A stretch of DNA of 64,000 nt from Nannocystis bainbridge (lineage in GTDB: Bacteria > Myxococcota_A > Polyangia > Nannocystales > Nannocystaceae), in NCBI RefSeq assembly GCF_028368995.1, contig NZ_JAQNDL010000001.1:2208001-2272000 (forward strand). The letters are read 5' to 3'. The position numbers and the translations under genes were made by a program. Position 1 is the stretch's first letter. Every line of letters starts with the position of its first letter. The notes under the pieces are model-generated. The model did not search any database. It saw nothing but the letters and a program-made list of their open reading frames with translations, and was not told the DNA's origin. Positions 63,094 to 64,000 of this stretch are shown piece by piece.

Positions 63094-64000
63094 CGCGACC
63101 TCCCCAGGACCTCGTCGTAAACCGCCTGGAGGCGCTCGCGGTGGGCCTCCACGCTGTATTCTGCCTGCATCTTGCGCCGCCCGGCCTCGCCGAGGGCGCG
63201 CCGCTCGTCTGTACTTCGGGACAGGCGCACCAGGTGCCCCGCCAGCCCGGCGACGTCGCGCTCGCCCGCGAGCAGCCCCGTGACCTCGTGCTCGACCTGC
63301 TCCGGGATCCCCGCGTGCCGCGTCGCCACGATCGGCAACTCCGCCGCCGAGCCCTCGCAGATCACCGTCGGCGTGCCCTCCTGGTCGCCGTCGCGGGCCG
63401 TCCGGCTCGGCACCAGCAGCACGTCCGCGTCCTGCATGGCCGCAGGCACCGCCGTCGCCGGCGCCGCCCACGTCACGTCGAGCCGCAGCGACTCGGCCAG
63501 CGCGCGCAGCGGCCCGGCCCCCGCCGAACCTGTCCCAAGGAGCATGACCTCGAGGTCAGCCCCAGCCGCACGCGCTGCGGCGCACGCTCGCAAGCCATCA
63601 TCAAAACCCTTCTTCTCGACCTCGCGCCCGACCATCAGCACCCGCGTGCGCGCCCGCGTGGCCCGCGGCGCCGGCTGGAACCGCGACAGGTCGACGCCGA
63701 GCGGCACCACGCGGATCTTGCTCGCGGGGCAGCCCTGGGCCACCAGTTGGTCGCGCATGTGCTGCGACAGCGCGAGGAAGCGGTCGCCGCGGCGGAACAG
63801 CGCCGGCGCCAGCGCGGCGAAGTGCCAGTAGGCCGGCAACAGCCGCAGCCGCGAGCCGCGGACCGTCACGTCCTTGCCGTAGAAGCTGGTCACCAGCGGC
63901 AGCCCGCAGCGGGCCGCTGTCAGCAGCGCGTGCGCCCCCGTCTGCCCGAGGTGCGCGTGGATCAGCGACACCCCGCGGGCCCACCGCGACAGCCGCGGCG
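63090..64000 (-). CDS. GT4 glycosyltransferase (5' end outside window)
   Basis: IHAHLG, VGREVEKKG, PSRTARDGDQEGTPTVICEG, ATRHAGIPE. Confidence 0.88.
   Translation of the reverse strand, partial: PRLSRWARGVSLIHAHLGQTGAHALLTAARCGLPLVTSFYGKDVTVRGSRLRLLPAYWHFAALAPALFRRGDRFLALSQHMRDQLVAQGCPASKIRVVPLGVDLSRFQPAPRATRARTRVLMVGREVEKKGFDDGLRACAAARAAGADLEVMLLGTGSAGAGPLRALAESLRLDVTWAAPATAVPAAMQDADVLLVPSRTARDGDQEGTPTVICEGSAAELPIVATRHAGIPEQVEHEVTGLLAGERDVAGLAGHLVRLSRSTDERRALGEAGRRKMQAEYSVEAHRERLQAVYDEVLGRSR

Overview
Very GC-rich (roughly 73% by eye) bacterial DNA that reads like a myxobacterium of the Nannocystis type: many Thr-rich and Cys-rich lipoproteins, Ser/Thr kinases, an ECF sigma factor-kinase pair and an ADYC protein (taxonomy is inferred). 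Housekeeping genes (rsmH, ribA, lysA, murF, mraY-murD, fumC, panE-like, Rieske/cytochrome bc) are mixed with egtB-egtD, a guanidine-III riboswitch plus gdx/sugE, a Fur-boxed aerobactin-type NIS siderophore locus (IucA-IucB fusion, IucC, IucD, PepSY-TM, neighbouring carboxyl-methyltransferase; nannochelin-like candidate) and the end of a CDP-sugar/Wzx polysaccharide locus. The strongest unexplained signal is a 14-bp palindromic unit, TGTCC-N4-GGACA. It recurs at more than 30 loci, forms arrays of up to 7 phased cores with exact 14-bp spacing, and is also written into coding sequences through rare codons. Other points of interest: a terminator-bounded minus-strand structured RNA with a 25-aa Cys-rich sORF upstream of lysA, a tandem truncated-globin/P-domain lipoprotein, a TerB-like/PPP phosphatase fusion and a Fic protein lacking its catalytic His. 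All calls were made by eye; no searches were run.
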